From the NCBI RefSeq assembly GCF_964204645.1, contig NC_134036.1:8036812-8100811 (forward strand): 64,000 nucleotides of DNA, written 5' to 3'. Below, one piece after another: positions 61,495-64,000 of the stretch. Source of the DNA: Tubulanus polymorphus. Lineage: Eukaryota; Animalia; Nemertea. Made by a program: the position numbers and the translations under genes. Numbering within the stretch: the first letter of the stretch is position 1; each line of letters opens with the position of its first letter. Below the pieces are notes generated by a model. The model was not told the origin of the DNA, did not search any database, and saw nothing but the letters and a program-made list of their open reading frames with translations.

Positions 61495-62949
61495 ATGGAT
61501 GTAGAAGGTGGAGAAGATATTGGAATGGATCCTTTTGATGAACCTGACATAACTGATGAACAACCACCTGATTTTGATGAAACAAGTTTTAATGATGGTA
61601 ATGAACCAGAATATAACAATAATTTAAATATGCCTGATTATATTAAAAATGCTGAATCACAATTAAATCCTGAAAATTTAGACCCAGATTCAGTAAAACA
61701 AGATTTAGATAATTTAAACAAAATACCTAAATTAGAAGATTTAATTGAAAAATCTAATTTTAACATAAATGATGAAGACGTTGGACTTTTAGCAGATCAA
61801 TTGAAATTTTTAGATAATGGTAAATGTTATTATCGTTTGAAAGGTGATTATTATATTGATATCACTTATAAAAATAATAAAAATAAAATATTATCAGAAT
61901 CAACTTTAGAAAAATTAATACCAGATAGAATTAAAATAATAAGTAATAGTAATGAAATAACTGATGTTACACAAAAAGAAATAGATGATAATATAGATGT
62001 ATTTAAACAAAGAATTAATGAATTATTTGAAATAATCAAAAAGAAATCAGAAACAGAAACAACTTCTGAACAGAATATAACTTCCAAAAATAGTAAACTT
62101 AGATCAAATAAAGTTCCAATTGAAAAACTTTTACCGAATGGATTATTTGATGCAACAGATCAAGAATTAGAAGATTTAGATATATTTTCTGATAAAGCAA
62201 TTAGAGAAATTATTAGTATAAGACTTGCATCTGATAAAATTGCACATAATAAAAGTATAAGAGATCAAAAAATTATGTATTTGGAAAAAGAATTAACTGA
62301 TAAAAATAAAGAAATAGAACAATTAAAGTCTGATTTAGATCATCAAGTAATTGATGAAATAGAATATAGGCAAAAAGAATTACGTTTAGAAAAAGAAATT
62401 AGTAATTTAAAAGATAATTTAGAAGTACAGAAAGAAGAAATTAAATTATTATTAAAATCATATGATTATAATATTAATAGATTAAAAGTTATTTTTAAAG
62501 ATTTGTTGATTAAACCAAATTCTGAAATATCATTAAAAGACAGGATGAAGTTATTATTTAAATTAGAAGGAATAACAATTCTTTCAATTCTAACAGCTGT
62601 AACTATGTTATTTACAACAATTGGTTTAGCAATATCAAATGCTTTGAAATCTACTCCTACTCCCAATAAACCAGATAAACCTCCAGGTAATAATTCTATA
62701 CAAGATAAAGTTAAGGATGGTTTAAAGAAATTAGCAAAATATTTATGGGAACTATCAAAGAAATCTGCTGCAGCTTTACCAGGAGTTATTGCATCAATTG
62801 TTGGTTTTATATTGAAATCTGCTGGGAATATTCTTAACTTTGCTGCTGAACATATTATTTTATTTTTAATCACAGTTGTAAGTGCTATTATTTTTGGGTT
62901 AGTAAATATGATATCAAAAAGATATCAAGAAAAAAATAATAAAAAATAA
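61495..62949 (+). CDS. Acidic N-terminus, coiled-coil, multi-TM protein (484 aa)
   Basis: Long intact ORF; homologous remnants at ~20520-21783 and 50598-51270. Confidence 0.85.
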   Translation: MDVEGGEDIGMDPFDEPDITDEQPPDFDETSFNDGNEPEYNNNLNMPDYIKNAESQLNPENLDPDSVKQDLDNLNKIPKLEDLIEKSNFNINDEDVGLLADQLKFLDNGKCYYRLKGDYYIDITYKNNKNKILSESTLEKLIPDRIKIISNSNEITDVTQKEIDDNIDVFKQRINELFEIIKKKSETETTSEQNITSKNSKLRSNKVPIEKLLPNGLFDATDQELEDLDIFSDKAIREIISIRLASDKIAHNKSIRDQKIMYLEKELTDKNKEIEQLKSDLDHQVIDEIEYRQKELRLEKEISNLKDNLEVQKEEIKLLLKSYDYNINRLKVIFKDLLIKPNSEISLKDRMKLLFKLEGITILSILTAVTMLFTTIGLAISNALKSTPTPNKPDKPPGNNSIQDKVKDGLKKLAKYLWELSKKSAAALPGVIASIVGFILKSAGNILNFAAEHIILFLITVVSAIIFGLVNMISKRYQEKNNKK

Positions 62950-62973
62950 ATAATTAATTTTTTTGTTAAATAA

Positions 62974-64000
62974 ATGAGTGGGAGTTATATAAGTCCTTCG
63001 AAGAATCATAGAATATCTAATGCTATTAAAGCAGAAAGATCACATCATATAATTACTCATAACCCTTCAAATATTAATCCCGATGAAACTTTATACGTTA
63101 GAATCCCTCGATTAACACAAAATACTTTTTATGTTCCAAATAGTATTTATTTATCAGCTGATATAAAAGTAATCGGTAATAATAATAATTATGTTGTCGA
63201 TAATGTTGGGAGAAATTTGATTAAAAAATTAACTATAAAGATTGGTCCAGAAACAGTTTTCTCATTAGATGATTATAATTTATTTATGCATTATAAAGAT
63301 TTATGGTTAACTAAAGAAAATAGAAATAATATGATATTTCAAGGAATCCAATCAGAAAACCATAATAAATTAAGATCTGAAGCCAATAACGCAGTAGTAA
63401 ATAATGGCGTAGATAATTTGATTAAAAAGATTTATGGAAGCAAATATAAAATTCCATTAGACTTTGAATTGATAAATAATAATGCACCTTTATATAAATA
63501 CGCAATTCAAGAAGATATTATATTTGAGATAACATTTGCTCCTGTAAATGAAATTGTATTATCTAGCGTTGTTAAAGATATGGGTTATAAATTATCGAAT
63601 ATATGTTTAGAATATAACACAGTAACTAATGAAAATATTGCTAGCACAATTCAAACTCAATACAATCAAGGATTTTCATTATTATATGATTATATTGATA
63701 AATTTAAAACTGTAACTATTAATGCAAATGATGAAATAATTAATGAGAATATTAATTTCCCAAGAAGATCTATTAAAGGTATATTAATATTTTTTACTAT
63801 TGCAACATATTCTAATGGTGCAATAAATGTTGATAATTATTATAATCCTGAAATAACAAAAGTAGAAATAACTATCGAAGGAATAGCGAATAAAATATTT
63901 TGCCAAGGAATGAGAATGATTGATCAATGGCCAGAAATTAGAAAACATTTTATGAATGAAAAAGTAAAATCATTTGAAAATTGTAATATTAATCAAATTG
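62974..64000 (+). CDS. Major capsid protein (double jelly-roll), 3'-partial
   Basis: Not in the ORF track because it runs off the end; MSGSYISPSKNHRISNAIKAERSHHIITHNPSNINPDETLYVRIPRL...VVDNVGRNLIKK...YKDLWL; lies upstream of integrase by synteny; ~420 aa when completed with the element 1 remnant. Confidence 0.8.
   Translation, partial: MSGSYISPSKNHRISNAIKAERSHHIITHNPSNINPDETLYVRIPRLTQNTFYVPNSIYLSADIKVIGNNNNYVVDNVGRNLIKKLTIKIGPETVFSLDDYNLFMHYKDLWLTKENRNNMIFQGIQSENHNKLRSEANNAVVNNGVDNLIKKIYGSKYKIPLDFELINNNAPLYKYAIQEDIIFEITFAPVNEIVLSSVVKDMGYKLSNICLEYNTVTNENIASTIQTQYNQGFSLLYDYIDKFKTVTINANDEIINENINFPRRSIKGILIFFTIATYSNGAINVDNYYNPEITKVEITIEGIANKIFCQGMRMIDQWPEIRKHFMNEKVKSFENCNINQI

Larger units (their letters stand above)
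51341..64000 (+). mobile_element. Polinton element 3 (left end present, continues beyond the window)
   Basis: Starts AGTAATTAGAAAAG with the same TIR core; gene order as element 1; predicted TSD TACAGG (51335-51340). Confidence 0.95.

Overview
AT-rich eukaryotic repeat-dense region with no recognisable host gene; the host is probably an invertebrate but cannot be identified from the sequence. It is dominated by a cluster of Polinton/Maverick endogenous viruses. Element 1 (4405-20033) has both TIRs and a 6-bp TSD AATGTG but is inactivated by a solo LTR, stops and a ~3 kb deletion. A decayed remnant lies at ~20520-24130. Element 2 (34161-~41724) is a divergent, decayed family. A 6.25-kb almost fully palindromic non-autonomous derivative (43173-49426) has a 6-bp TSD TGCGGC. 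A reverse-strand remnant lies at ~50598-51270. Element 3 (51341 to past the window end) is a close relative of element 1. The main observation is that the protein-primed DNA polymerase of elements 1 and 3 carries a ~355-aa intein with a LAGLIDADG homing endonuclease in the catalytic YFD|TDS motif, while element 2 has the empty site. The elements also carry a VLTF3-like late transcription factor gene, a giant-virus-type HNH nuclease and TAAATG at nearly all gene starts, which together suggest a virophage-like link to a nucleocytoplasmic large DNA virus (inference). Between the elements are 24-bp and 154-bp tandem repeats, tandemly amplified Penelope-like RT fragments, a MITE and a tRNA-derived SINE. 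Family assignments are by motif recognition only; no searches were run.
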